From Podarcis erhardii (Eukaryota): a DNA stretch of 64,000 nucleotides. Where the stretch lies: assembly GCA_964252035.1 (NCBI GenBank), contig OZ176208.1, one strand, 5' to 3'. Positions within the stretch are counted from its first letter, which is position 1. Each line of letters opens with the position of its first letter. The notes beneath the pieces are model-generated. The model saw only the letters and a list, made by a program, of their open reading frames with translations, did not search any database and had not been told where the DNA came from. The translations under genes were made by a program, and so were the position numbers. This document shows positions 11,236 to 24,074 of this stretch, one piece after another.

Positions 11236-14200
11236 GTAAGGATGACAAAACTCTCTGCTTCTGGTCTGCATCCCTTTTTTCATGTTTTTACTCACTATGC
11301 CACCCTGTTAAATTCTTACAAAGTATGTATTTAAACACAAGTTTTAAGACATATTTAACTCATATTTTTCTCTCAGAATAAGTTCTAAATGTTACCGGGA
11401 ACTAGGGTCACAGAGACTCCAAGGTCAATAGAATTGAGTCCCAAGTAAATATGCCCATGATTGGAATTCTTATGCATTATTTGCATTATGTTGTAGCATG
11501 CTCTGGGATTATATTTAACAGAGAGCAGGTTGGAAATATTCCGAATAAATTTATAATAAAAACTGAGAACTGTCTTGCAATATTCAGAGAAGTGAATATT
11601 TAAGTTTCAGTTGGCACATGAATCTAAGGTTACTTCATATAGTGAGTGGCCAAGATTGAATTCTTCAAGCATCTCTACTCTTGGGTATTTGAGATGTGGG
11701 CTGAAGTTCCTCAACTCATATAAGACACCTCAGTTTTATGTCCCTGTTTTATATTTTGAGGCGATAGATCTCAGGTGTCTCCCCACCTTGCATTTGCATT
11801 AATAGTGCAACAACAAGGAATCCTGGAGCACTTACAAGGCTAACTAATTTATGTATTTATTTCAGGTGCTTTTATTTCAGCTGAAAAGGTTTTCAGAGCC
11901 TTACAAGGATCAGTAATAAAACAGTCCCTGCCTTTAGGCTTACAATCCAATGATGCAACACAAAAGGAAAAATAATTGGGAGTCAGGAGAGAAAAAGCAA
12001 ATTCAAGCATTTATAGGGGCAGAGCAATCCAAATTATAGGAAGCCAGTGTAATTCACAGGATAAAATATTCCGGTGAAATTTATCCCTATTCCAGACTTA
12101 GCTCTGGAGTGGGACTACTGCCAGCTGAGTTGGCCTGAGCCCAGCAGAGGGAAAACAAGCCTTTAAAATAGACAGCACCCTTTTTCCAGTGCAATTTCCA
12201 AGATCATGTGACTGACCTGAAAGGAATTGGGCTTAGTGGAAAGTCTCCCCTGCTCCATCACCCCTTGCCACACCCCTTTTAAGGACTTCCTCACCTGAGC
12301 CCCTGCTAAGTGTATCTCCACCTGAACCAGGATTGTGGACTTCCAAGCTGCCTCATCCCATTGGATCTTGGTTGGGATTACTCCTTTGGTTACAAAGTTC
12401 TTATAATAACCAGCTGTAATGGAAAGAGTTTAAGAAGAGGAGCCAAAAGTTGCTACTATCTCAGCTGAGCTGATGAAGTGGTCTCTTTTCCCTTCTCCCT
12501 GCCCCACTGCAACCTGACAGGAATGGCTGTTACAAGTTGATAGTTGGAGTGGGAAAACTGGATGGAGCAGATTTCTGAAGAGAGCTGATGGTGTGCCTCT
12601 CCTTCTCCTTTCTCCCTCACTGCAGCTTGATGGAACGGCTATTGCCAGATAACAGGAATGGATCAGACTTCTCAGCAGAGCTGATGAAGTGGCCCTACTT
12701 CTCTGTTGTCCCTCTCTGCTGAAATTTGGCTCTTAATCAATGAAAGCTCACGCCATGATTAATTTGCTAGTTTTTAAAGTGCTATAAGGCTAACATGGTT
12801 GGTTTTGCTACAGAACAGACTAATGCAGCACATCCCTCTGCAAATTAATAATGTGATTTCAGTTTTTGTATCTGAGCATTCAAAAGAACATAATCATTTT
12901 CCCTAAATTGTTATGCATTAGCTATGCAGCTGCACTGATGCCCAAATGTCTTGTGGGACCACGACAGCAGGCAGTTAAATCACTGGTGTGATCACATAAC
13001 TAAAGTGTTGACCAGTTTGGCAGGGTGCCAGCACTGGGATATCACTAATCATGATGCTCTTGCTGAGTGATGTGCAGAATATTTTGCAACTCTGCTTCTT
13101 GCCATGTTGGGGGTCTGTCATTCTGACTGTCTTCACTTACAGGTTTGTGTTCAAAAAAGAGTGTAAAACTCTGAAACTTCCCTTCTGTTACAGTATGTGT
13201 TTGAACTGATGTGCGTGTCCAGCACTCACATATTCATACACACACCATAACGAGAAATTTAGGATCTTTTGCTGGAGTTATAACATGCATCCGTTTATGA
13301 ATATGTGATTGCCCTCAACTCCATGCCCATAAGAAGTTCTTACACAAAAAGAATAAAGAAAGCTTGGTTTATTATATGAAATGAAAATGACAGAATATAT
13401 AAATTCTGCTTTAGACAGAAAAATTACAATTTAAGCAGGCTGTAAACCCTACAACACCTACACACCTAAAGAGTGGGGAAATCGCTGAGTATTCTCAAAG
13501 CCTACAAAAGTGAGCGTGACAATTTGGGCCAGCAGGACTCACCCTAATAGTAAGTTAAGAAATGCAGGGGGGGGGGAGTATACCTGTCCTTAAGCGAAAT
13601 GGATTTGTGCTGATTCCTTGGGAGCTTTGTGTGAGTTGCTTTCAATGGAACTGGGAGAACCCAACTAAAACCTGAAAATCCAGGTGTTTTATAATATTTC
13701 TTGCTAATGCATCTTAGTGAGGGAGGGGGCCTTGAGATGAGCAATTCCTGCAGTTCTTATTGTCTTATTGTGTTTCCCTCCCATTTCTTACCTCGCCCAT
13801 GTTGCAAATTAGTTTGAAAGGATATTATCCTAGTGCATGATGTCTAAACTGGTCACTCTTTGTTTGCCCCTTGCCTTCAAATTATCTTGATGGCCCCCAT
13901 TCAGGTGGTAAATAGGCTGTACTGGCAACTGAATTTACATGTGTTGACCTTTATGCCAGGTCTGGGGGACTCTGAATTTCTTGAATGCCCTCCAGGAGAT
14001 GAGACTGGAATCAGACTTGTACCAAGGTCACCAGAGTTCATCATGGAGGGTCTCCTGTCCTTTTAGAGTTATGTCAGTTTTCTTACCTATGCCATGATAT
14101 ACAGTAATAAACCACAGAATAGGTTCAGATTGACACATACACCTATTCATGCTTCTTTCCCAAATGTTTTGCGCCCCCCCCCCCGGCAAATCGTAACAAT

Positions 14201-14597
14201 TTATATTGTTCCTAGTGGATCCATGAGGATCTGGGAAAAATCATTTTCATTTTCTTTTTTGTTGCTGATGCAATGGAATATGCAGATATGCCATTTATTA
14301 TGACTATTGCTAGTACTTCAGTCTTTTTCTGAAAAACCTCACTTGGTGAAGGGAAAGGGGAAAGCCTCTTGGGGGAGAGCATTCCATAACAGGTGTGTCA
14401 ACACTGAAAAGTTCCTTCACCGAAGAGCCATCTGCTGCACTGAAGATGGGGAGGAATGTAGAGAAGGGTGGGCTTGTAGAAAGGGTAGCCAATATGGTGT
14501 CATCGAGGCTTCCATAATCCCTACCCATTGGCCATGCTGACTTAGGCTGATGGTGGCCACAATGCCCACTCATGCTTCATTGTCTTGATTTGCCCTA

Positions 14598-14756
14598 GTT
14601 ACAGATAGGTAGCCGTGTTGGTCTGCCATAGTCAAAACAAAACAAATTCCTTCCAGTAGCACCTATCTGATAGAAGTGTGCATGCACACGAAAGCTCATA
14701 CCAAGAACTGACTTAGTTGGTCTTTAGGTGCTACTGGAAGGAATTTGTTTTGTTTT
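14598..14756. mobile_element. Second Penelope-like remnant of the same family as 4281-4500, with inverted arrangement
   Basis: Near-identical sequence to 4281-4500. TSD GATTTGCCCTA at 14587-14597 and 14757-14767. Inverted arms 14634-14664 and 14726-14756. Confidence 0.75.
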
Positions 14757-14975
14757 GATTTGCCCTAAATGTTTGATTTCTGGGGTTACAAAAATTGCTA
14801 TTGGCAAACGTAGGATGGAGAGAAGATTTGTAAAGACGAATTGACAATTAAAGAAGCTTAACAAATGAAGTTTGATATGCTAAGAGCAAGGAACTTCTAC
14901 TAGATTTCTAAGAGGTACACTTCCTAGGGAGTAAGTGCAGTATTGGGATTTACTTCCAAGTAAACATGCATTGAA

Positions 14976-15289
14976 GGGACACAGGTGGTGCTGTGGGTTA
15001 AACCCTGTGATGGGGTGAGCTCCCGTTGTTCGGTCCCTGCTCCTGCCAACCTAGTAGTTTGAAAGCACGTCAAAGTGCAAGTAGATAAATAGGTACCGCT
15101 CCGGCGGGAAGGTAAATGGTGTTTCCGTGCGCTGCTCTGGTTCGCCAGAAGCGTCTTAAGTCATGTTGGCCACATGACCCAGAAGCTGTACGCCGGCTCC
15201 CTCGGCCAATAAAGCGAGATCAGCGCCTTAACCCCAGAGTCAGCCACGACTGGACCTAATGGTCAAGGGGTCCCTTTGCCTTTATCTTT
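14976..15289 (+). mobile_element. Sauria SINE with internal deletion in the tRNA-like head
   Basis: gggacacaggtggtgctgtgggttaaacc...ggggtgagctcccgttg...ggggtccctttgcctttatcttt. TSD TAAACATGCATTG at 14961-14973 and 15290-15302. Confidence 0.9.
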
Positions 15290-15744
15290 TAAACATGCAT
15301 TGGATTATACTGACATAAAATTATGAGGAACTGATAGGTGTTTAGAATTAGGAACACACTGATATCCCTTCCCCCTTTTTCAAACCCAAATCCAAAGGTT
15401 TGTAACCAATTTGTGCTACTGCTCTGGCATTTTAGAATAACACTGCTTAAATATATGCCATGCGTTCAGTAACTTTCAACCTTACCTCTACTGACTTGGT
15501 GATAGCAGAGCCTGTTTTGGCTGAAAGAAAGGCAACAAGAAGCATTTTAGGGGGAGAGGAGAACAGAATACAGACAGAATACAGTCTCACTCTTCATGGT
15601 TTTTTTATTTAGAAATTGATCTTTAGTGTTCAACAGACAGGAATAGTAAAGGCCCCCAATGTGCATTTTTCATGCAAAAAAAGGCCCATGCGCTCATTTT
15701 ATAGTGTCTTAACGAAAGGTCCTGAAACCTGACTTGTGTGCACT

Positions 15745-15757
15745 GTTACCTAGCAAC
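15745..15757. promoter_or_regulatory. Candidate RFX X-box in non-repetitive intron 4 sequence
   Basis: GTTACCTAGCAAC fits GTNRCC-N-RGYAAC. Motif match only. Confidence 0.3.
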
Positions 15758-16771
15758 ATGTTATAAAGTCACTGAAGGAATGGAATATATCTGAAAGATG
15801 AAAATGTAAACTTGGTAGATATGTCAATGCCACACAAGGGGAAAGATGTTATGCTAAAGGAAGAAATTAAACCCATTGATCAGAGCAATGTGTATCCAAA
15901 ATAGTGTGCGGAATTGTACATTTGACCAGCACTGCGATACTTAACAGAGTTTCAGCTCATAAAACAGCAGGCAATGATGTTTTATTTAGTGGGCTTGCGA
16001 AATTTACTAGCAATGTTTTAGGAGAGTATTTCCATTTATTATAATATGAACAACGGCAAAAACTTAGATGGAGCCTGAGGATAGTTCCCTGTCAGCCTTT
16101 TCCGCAAAATTGAACTTTATCCCCAGCCACCCAGCTTGCTTTGGCTCAGATCGATGCGTTGCAGGCTTCTCTGCAAATGAGCAAAATACAAAGGGTGCAA
16201 TTAAAGAAAGGAAAAAGTGCCAGGGCTTGACAGCTATATGTCTGATTGGAGCAAGCTGCATATCCTGCCACTGCAGGCATTATTTGAGGAATCCTATGGG
16301 CTTGGGGGGTGGGGAGCTCCCTCTGTTGTTCTGTGAGACACTTATCTCCATTGTCCCAAAACCTGACAAAGGTTTTTTTTAAAATGATGTAGTGCTGCTT
16401 CATGGATGCAACAGAACTCCAAAGGCAGCTTGAAGCATTACTGCCTATTGAGGATCCTAACTTTTTGGAATTCCAATAGATTAACCAGTGGGATGAATTA
16501 GTGCTTCTTCCCCCAGACTGCATCAGAAAGTATATTCTAGGATTGGCATTCAGAAGGCATCAGCTATCTGGTTGCCTTTTGTGTAGGATTTTGTGTAGGA
16601 ATTTATCAGTACTTGTTGCCTCTTGAAGCCTGCCCAATTTGGTTTTCTGTGTAGAGTTCCCTGCCCTGCACCATCATCCCAAACTGTTCTCCATGACTCT
16701 TGTGAACTTGCTGTCTTCTGATGATACATTTACGCACTTCACTGAACCCTTTCCTCCCCTTCTGTTAACAG

Positions 16772-17005
16772 CTGCAAATCAAAAAGAACCCTTGCCTCCT
16801 ATATTTAAAGTGAAAGATGAACCGAAAGATGAGGAAAATGCAAGTTCCACTTTTCCTAAATCTACTTACGTTTTTAGTCCTGAGCCTGAAACATCTTCCG
16901 CAAGCCTTCCCGAGGAGAATCTCAAGCCACAAGAAGTGCCAGCGAATGCATTGCAGCAGGACATGTCTGTCAAAGCAGCATCCGAACTTCTTATGAAGCT
17001 ATCAG
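16772..17005 (+). CDS. ZNF827: ZNF827 exon 5, second repeat exon
   Basis: Acceptor TTAACAG|. Encodes (A)ANQKEPLPPIFKVKDEPK...ALQQDMSVKAASELLMKLS. Donor TCAG|GTACCA. 234 nt, symmetric phase 1-1. Confidence 0.95.
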
Positions 17006-17227
17006 GTACCAGATTGATTTTTAAAATATTCAGCTTTCTTTTTTTAGTTGTGAAGTTGCCTCGTTTTAGTTACAACAAAGAGGGCTTTAATAGCTAATTA
17101 CTGTGATGTACTGATGTTGACTTTCTAACAACCACTATCAAATTATTGCAAAATATTTCTGGTTCCTCTTTGTGAGCTTTTTACAGTTCCATACTTGGAA
17201 CGGCTACGACTTTGGGATAACCTAGAG

Positions 17228-17465
17228 CATGGGTAGGCAAACTAAGGCCTGGGGGCCGGATCCGGCCCAATTGCCTTCTAAATCCGGTCCGCGGGCGGTC
17301 CGGGAATCAGCGTGTTTTTACATGAGTAGAAGGTGTCCTTTTATTTATAATACATCTCTGGGCTATTTGTGGGGCATTCCCCCCCCCAAAAAATATAGTG
17401 CAGCCTCCCAAAGCGTCTGAGGGACAGTCGACCGGCCTCCTGCTGAAAAAGTTTGCTGACCCCTG
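17228..17465. mobile_element. hAT-type MITE
   Basis: TIR-like ends CATGGGTAGGCAAACT / AGTTTGCTGACCCCTG. 8-bp TSD ACCTAGAG / CCCTAGAG (7 of 8). Confidence 0.75.
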
Positions 17466-18289
17466 CCCTAGAGGATGCTGCAATTCAGAATGTAGGGACA
17501 TCATACAGGCTTCATGTATCAAGTGTTGTGCTCTAAGCCTGCATCTGCCCTCAGGTGAGTGGGCTTGCTTCTAGCCTCCCATATGTTGAACTGGGTAAAG
17601 AACTGTTGCTCTCCAAGTGTGGATTGTATGGTACACAGCATCATCCATGCACAAGAATGCAGTATCAGCAGGCATGAGGAAACCTCAAACATGGGATGGG
17701 GATTCCTAAAGCAGGAGTAGGGAAACCTCTGGGCTATGAGCTAATCTTGCCCCCCACCCCAGGATTTCCATTTTCCACCTGTCACAACAGCTGGTGTCAC
17801 TTGTAATGAGGGGTGGCTGGGGTTCAATTCTGCCTTGGCTGCACAAACAAGTGCTTATAGCCAAAACAGGATTTAGCCATCCACTTCTCAGCTGACGAGG
17901 GTTTGCTAAATCCTTCTTATTTTGGCTGCACCAAACTCCCCATTACTCTTTTGGATTGAAAAAGCTAGCTTCTCCAATTTTATCATTTTCCTAGAGGCAA
18001 ATTTCCCAATTCATTAGCATTCTTCCGATTCTGCATGTTTAAACTTTTAGCTGCTTTTAATAAGTAATAAATATGACTGCAATCCTAACCATGTTTACTC
18101 TGAAGTAAATCCCACAGATTTTAGTGGGGCTTACTCCCAAGTAAGTGGGGTTAAATTTGCAGACTAAGTTATTTTTCGGTCTCCAATCTAAAAACAAAAT
18201 ATTTATTTACGAAACATTATATACCATTTGATTGTAATAAAGCCTCTAAGCGGTTTATGAAGTAACTATCATGGAATCTTCACCTTCAT

Positions 18290-18770
18290 TAATCTTACTT
18301 AGTGTTAATCTCCAAAATATCTGTATTACTGGTGCATTCTAAATACAGTGGTACCTCTGGTTACGAACTTAATTTGTTCCAGAGGTCCGTTCTTAAACTG
18401 AAACCATTCTTAACCTGAGGTACCACTTTAGCTAATGGGGCCTCCTGCTGCCGCTGCTGGTGTGAGATTTCTTGTTCTCATCCTGTGGTAAAGTTCTTAA
18501 CCCGAGGTACTACTTCCAGGTTAGTGGAGTCTGTAACCTGAAGTGTTTGTAACCCGAGGTACCACTGTATGTAGCATATCTGCTTTCGGGCATTTACATC
18601 TCCAACATGTTGTCTTTTCTTCTAATCTCTTTCTTTTAATTATTTCTGGATATTTTAAGGTGGGTCTATTCATTTTCTGGCTCTCTTTCTATTTCTGTCT
18701 ATCCACTCCGGCTTCACCCATTTATCCAGAACATGTTGTTTGGATGTACTGTGTATTCTAGGTAGACCTA
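18290..18770 (-). mobile_element. Probable L1/Tx1-like ORF2 C-terminal fragment interrupted by a MITE
   Basis: Minus strand reads KTTCWRCKCPKADML, then the MITE, then LECTS, resembling the CWRC...H...C zinc knuckle of L1-clade ORF2. Confidence 0.4.
18346..18567. mobile_element. Tc1/mariner (Tigger-like) MITE, same family as 9107-9350 in opposite orientation
   Basis: TA|CAGTGGTACCTCTGGTTAC ... GTAACCCGAGGTACCACTG|TA. Confidence 0.85.
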
Positions 18771-20739
18771 TTATACGAAAACATTTGTAAACAGCGTGCT
18801 TGTCTTGGTAAGCTACTGGTGACTGGGCAAGTCTGGATGTCTCTCAGGCTATTCCGAAAAATGAGGTTGTACCCTGCATAAAATATTCAGTATGCAATTA
18901 TACTTAATAGAGATTTTGAGAAAATTTCCAACAGCATACCTGGTGATATGAGGTTTATTTTTCATTCACAAAGCACAAGTATTTGTGGGTAATGTTTGAA
19001 TACAAATATAGGAATAAGTTGTTGAGAAGAAGGAAAAAGCATGCCCACTTTCTGCTTTCATGAATAATAAGTGTGAGTTTCTGGAGAGGGAGATTTTATT
19101 ATTAATAATTCAGTTATAAAGAAATAAAATGTCTTATTTAGCATCCTGATGATATGATTAATTTTTATCACCAGTGATTAGAAATTTAATTCTTGTGACT
19201 ATTGGGGAAAGCCTCCGGTATACACCATTGGAAGACTTAAAACAACAACAACAAAACGCCTTTCAAAATAGTATGAGGCTACCCTTGTACACAGCATTAG
19301 AGGATGGGTTGCTACACTCATACATATACTGGTTGTTGTTCTTTCTTTGTAAAAATCGCCAAGCAAGGAACCTGTTGAGAGGGGAGCATGAAAGCTTCAC
19401 CTTGTTGGTGAATAATACATGTCTATAAGACAAGTGGTTTGCTCCCAAGTCCTGCCAAGATTTGTGGGCTCTGCTACGAATGCAGAGCATAATTTGTTGC
19501 TAGTTTTATATTAATATGGGTTGTAATGATTTTCTTCGAAATATATGCTTGTGCATTATGATGGCCTATTGGTCCATTTGTAGTTTAAATGAAAATGTTC
19601 AGAAGACACATATTAAATCTCTATTCCTTTTTGAGTTTTGAACTCACTGTATTGAAATAATGTATGTTAGAAATACATTAACAAACCATTTGTCTTGTGT
19701 GTGTGCTTTAAGTAATTCTGTTAAAAAAATGCTGATGGTAGTGGTGTTTGATATCTAACTCATCAATAAGCTGGAAAGGGAGCAATTAATAAGGGCTTTC
19801 TTACAGAAACCACAGCTGATCTTTCTTTGCAGGCTGACTGGTGGGCTTATATTAACCTTCAGATTGAAATATTAGATTGTTTATGACTATCTATTTTCAA
19901 TATAAAAACTTTTTTGACTTGTTTGAAATGTTCTAGACCAGAAAAATGGTGAGTCATACCTTCTGAGTGAGGCTTTCCTTAGTTATATTCCATATAATGT
20001 CTTTGTTCCCAGAGATTTTGAACTAGAGCTCATTTTTGGACAGCTATTTTAAATATTCACAGGTGTGCTGCTCATTTTTTTACAAAATCAGGACTTTGCT
20101 TACATGTATATATTCAGAAGTAAACTATGCTGGTGTTGGATGTTTCCTGTGCAATTGTCTTAACAGAACAAATGCTCAAGCTTAAAAAGCCTTGTTGTTA
20201 ATGATTTGCACTTCAAATTGCTGACAGGTCAGCCTGGTGGGGTGTTTTTTGGTTTTTTTTTAAGTGCCCCAGTTTCTACATTTCTCCTGACAATGTCTGC
20301 AAGTGCTTCTGCAATCTTAGCAGCAGCTGTCTCATAACTGTAGATGTCTTCTGTGGTTCAGAAAGTCCTTCCTTTCATCTTTATCCGATTGAGCTGAATC
20401 TATCAGGACAACAGGCCTCCAACGGATTTGCCATTTCTAAGGATGGCTGCTGAGCCAGCGGCATTCCATGGCCTGGTGATGTCACAAGGCCCAGCCTAGT
20501 GATGTCATATGGTTACCAACTCTTGCGGGTGGAGGAAATCTCATACCAGAGCAGAATCCCAGTGGTAAAAGAAGAAAAATGAAAAATGTCAGGGGATAAA
20601 TGGAAATGTAGGAGGAAATTGAAAAGCCCTTTGTGCAAATTTTTTTATAACATTTAAAAATAATATTGCAACAGTTATCTTGCTGCAGAATTCTGAGAAC
20701 CAAGTTTTGATGCTAGCAGTATGCCTGTGTAGTATAAAC

Positions 20740-21061
20740 CAGGGTTGCCCACTTATGTGTTGCCAAAACAGAGGACGTGCATCATTCAAAAAAGAGGACA
20801 ATAATTTGCATAAAAATCACATGATATATTATACAAACGGTCACAAATTTAGAAACAAAATAACAAAATGATACATACACTTCACCATACTGCGGAAGAC
20901 TTGTGTGCCTGTTGACTATACTGACCAGGTGCTGCTAACTGTTGATAGACAGTTTCAAGGACCCTGCTCTCCCTTTTTATGGTCCACTGTCTTTAAAGCA
21001 GATTTGGACTGGACATTCAAAACAGGACTTTCCTCTAATGTAGGATATGTTGCCATCCTAG
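20740..21061. mobile_element. Degraded MITE with AGGGTTGCC-type ends
   Basis: cagggttgccc..aaaaaagaggaca at left and aaaacaggactttcctc..atgttgccatccta at right. Confidence 0.45.
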
Positions 21062-23574
21062 TATAAGCAGGCTTGTTGTGGAATGACATTGTAGCATCAG
21101 GCTCTTTCTCAACCTACACACATCTGTTTGAATGTCTGAAGATGGCCAACCCACACATACACTCTCTTCTGATGTTCAGATGAATGTGTGTAGATCGGGC
21201 ACAGAGCCTACCACAAGAGTGCCACCGAATGCATGCTGCCTGGAAAGAACATCTGTAAAGGGCTTTATTTGGAATGACTATGTAGATAGCATAAATACAG
21301 ACATTCATTAAGCTGTCTACCAGTTGGGAAGACAGTGGCCTTGCTTGGTGGTGGTGGTGGTTTGACAACTGGCAGAAAAACAGGAAAGACTGCCCCTCCC
21401 TCCTCTGCTCCAAAAAAAGCTGGATTCCTTTGTACTGAGCACCATCTCTAGGTCACCAAAAATGACAAGGGTTTTGCCCCATGCTTGCTTACTTCAAGAG
21501 CTGGGAACTGTGGCCATTCCTCTCTTGAATACCAAGACTAGAACCTTCATCAAGCCCAGCTGCCTTTTCAAAGTGATTTTTTACCACAATATGTGTGTGT
21601 GTGTGAATATATTGTTTGTGTGTATGTATTCACATAGTAAGAAGTGAAAAAGGAGATGGGGAGACAGCTTTTGATTTATGTTTGAGGGAGTAATATTCAA
21701 GTATACACCTTGATACATAAGTCACATTTACAGCAGCATTGTAAGTGTCTGTAAGATAACTATTTGTCCAATATATATACTTGTGTGGTAAAGATTCAAA
21801 CAGTAACATTATATAAGTTTGGAAGGTTATTTCACCTGTTTACCAGACCAGAAAGGAAATAAAAATATACAATGTGCATCAGTATTTATTCAACAGTGTT
21901 TGGATTTCATCATCTCTGTTTAGATGTATAACACAACCACGTGTTTCTGTTATTGTATTTATGCAAGCAGAGTAGCATGTGCTATTGAAACATTTTTTCC
22001 ATCTTGAATAATTTGAACTAGCATAACTGTCCTTCCTACAATCCAGTCCACTAAAACAACAGAGGCAACACCCTCCCCCAAAACAGATGCTCCTCAGCTT
22101 GTTTACATCAAGGATGGGGAAACTCAGGCTCAGTGGCCAAAGGGGGCCTGCTAGGCTTGTCTATCTGGCCTTCAGAATTTCCCCCGGGCTGCACCCCTTA
22201 ATGCCCCACCTTTGCACCACAAGTGCTTTTGCTTGGTTGGAATTTGTCCTTGAAATTTGACAGCGCCTCTTGCTTGTCAGGATGGTGGATACAGTGTGTG
22301 TGTGTGTAAGTGTGTGTAAGTGTGTAAACAAGCCCACTGTACAATGTTAAAATATACATTCATTGCTCTACCCACTGTTGTCTCTGGCTTCTGACATGTG
22401 GTCCTCAGAAAGTTGCCCAGAAGGAAATGCAGCTCTTGGGCTGAAAAAAGCCTCCCACCTCTGGTCTACATGGATCATTCTTGCCTTGCATGTACTCAGC
22501 TGAATGCAGTACATCTAATCAAGCATTGGGGACGGGGACACATTCTCCTAAAAGAAAGTGCCTTGTTTATTTTTTTGGAGAGGAGGGTTGAAACAGGAGT
22601 GAAATAAGTATTGTTTATGAATCTAGTACATTTCATAATACCCAGAGCAGAACATATTAAGAAACATTTTCCTGAATATCTTTATCGACCTTGCAGGCCA
22701 AATTTGACAGGGGGTTAGGATCCCCCATATAAACCCCTTCCTGGAGAATGCTGAGCTAGATTTAAACCCTGCTTATCCACTGGTGTTTTCAAGAGGTTTA
22801 CAAATAACCTACGTTTTGTTTTAAAGGTCACTTTAGGCTCTCACTTAGATTCAGGGTCTCTTTACCTCTGGTTTTAATTCTTAAATAGCTAGAGTTACTC
22901 TTTCAAGTTTTTAAAGGTCAAATCCACATCCTGCAAAGTTTACACTTTAATATATGTTATTTTATATATGTGTGGGTCTTATAGCACAGCAGGTTCATTG
23001 AGTCATTTCCTCTTCAGATACTCTTTGATGACAATAACACTTTGACCTTTGCTTTAAATGCATTGCAGAATGCAAAGATAGAAAGCTTAAGGTTTTTTTT
23101 TAAAGAGAATAACTGTTTTCCTACAATAAGAGCTTTTTCTTACAATATTGTTGAATTGAAACATTCACCTCAGTGTCTCTATTATCTTCTAAAAGAGGGT
23201 TGGGGAAAAGAGCATGGGAGATCTTTCAATTTTTAGCCATAATAAACCTTCCTAAGTAAAGCACTGTTCAAAACTCCCCAAGGTAGTGAAGGATTGATTT
23301 GTACATAGTTTTGAAAGATGGTATAATCCTCACTTTATCATCTATGTTTCTCAGAGAGGCATTTATCTGAAGTTCGCCCTATGTGAAAATGGAGGAACAG
23401 TATACCAGGAAAACAAGCTTTCATTCTGATGTAGAAAGGACTGCCATGTCAAGAAGGTGTAGAATTGCCAGGTCTTCTGAACCCTAAGAGTGTTCTTGTG
23501 TTCTTTAGAGTTCTTCAGAGACTCTTCTGTCTGCAGAGATAATAAGAATGCTGAACACTTGTATGACACTTTCA

Positions 23575-23795
23575 AGTGTCTGAAGTGCTTCATGTCATTA
23601 TCTAGTTGTAAACCTTACAACAACCCTGTAAGACAAAGTCAGTATTATTATCTCCACGTGTTGTTGAAGATGGAACTCAAACCAATAAAGTGTGGTTTGC
23701 CCAAGGTCATCAAGTGAGTTCATGGCAAGAGTAAGATACAAATCAGTGATCTTCTAATTCATAGCTCCATCTCTCAGCCAGTACACTATACCAGG
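23575..23795 (-). mobile_element. MIR-like CORE SINE
   Basis: ccttacaacaaccctgtaag..tgcccaaggtcatcaagtgagttcatggc motif. Same family at 42335-42560 and 45605-45848. Confidence 0.6.
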
Positions 23796-23854
23796 TCTCC
23801 AAGGCAAATGGAGCAACCAGAGACTGACCAACCCTGGTCTATGGTCCTGATGAG

Positions 23855-24006
23855 ACCAGGTTCCTGGTGCAATCCCCAGCATTTCCAGGTTGGGCTGAGA
23901 ATTTCTCCTCTCTGAAACCCTGGGAAACCTCTGCCAATCAGTATTGACAATACTAAGGTTGCTGGACAATTAATCTGACTCAGTACAAGGTAGCTATTTA
24001 TGCCCC
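23855..24006 (+). mobile_element. tRNA-derived squamate SINE, 5' truncated
   Basis: caatccccagcatttccaggttgggctg..ctgaaaccctgg..tgccaatcagtattgacaatact..ctgactcagtacaaggtagct. Same family as 49300-49500. Confidence 0.65.
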
Positions 24007-24074
24007 TTTATGGTTGTGATTGCAGATAGATGATTGTCCCTCTATGGGACACTAAGGTGGTTTAGTCCCTGTGT

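Noticed and set aside
10796-11248. 150-aa antisense ORF over exon 4 (also 52-384 over exon 2)
   Set aside because: Shadow ORFs of a coding exon with no recognisable product.
17490-17560. Consensus donor CCCTCAG|GTGAGT ending in the same TCA-G phase as the repeat exons
   Set aside because: Upstream translation does not match the module spacing and there is no convincing acceptor.
20600-20871. Apparent degenerate zinc finger (EEIEKPF ... CPLMC ... KKEDNNLHKNHM) resembling exon 3
   Set aside because: The CPL and KKED parts come from the cagggttgcc...aaaaaagaggaca end of a MITE (20740-21061), and Cys/His spacing is wrong.
22030-22120. Frame STKTTEATPS...PQLVYIKDGE resembling exon 4 TSKTPEVAGS...PLLIKEE
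   Set aside because: IKDGE is supplied by the caaggatgggga start of a MITE (same as at 1431); the remainder is low-complexity similarity.
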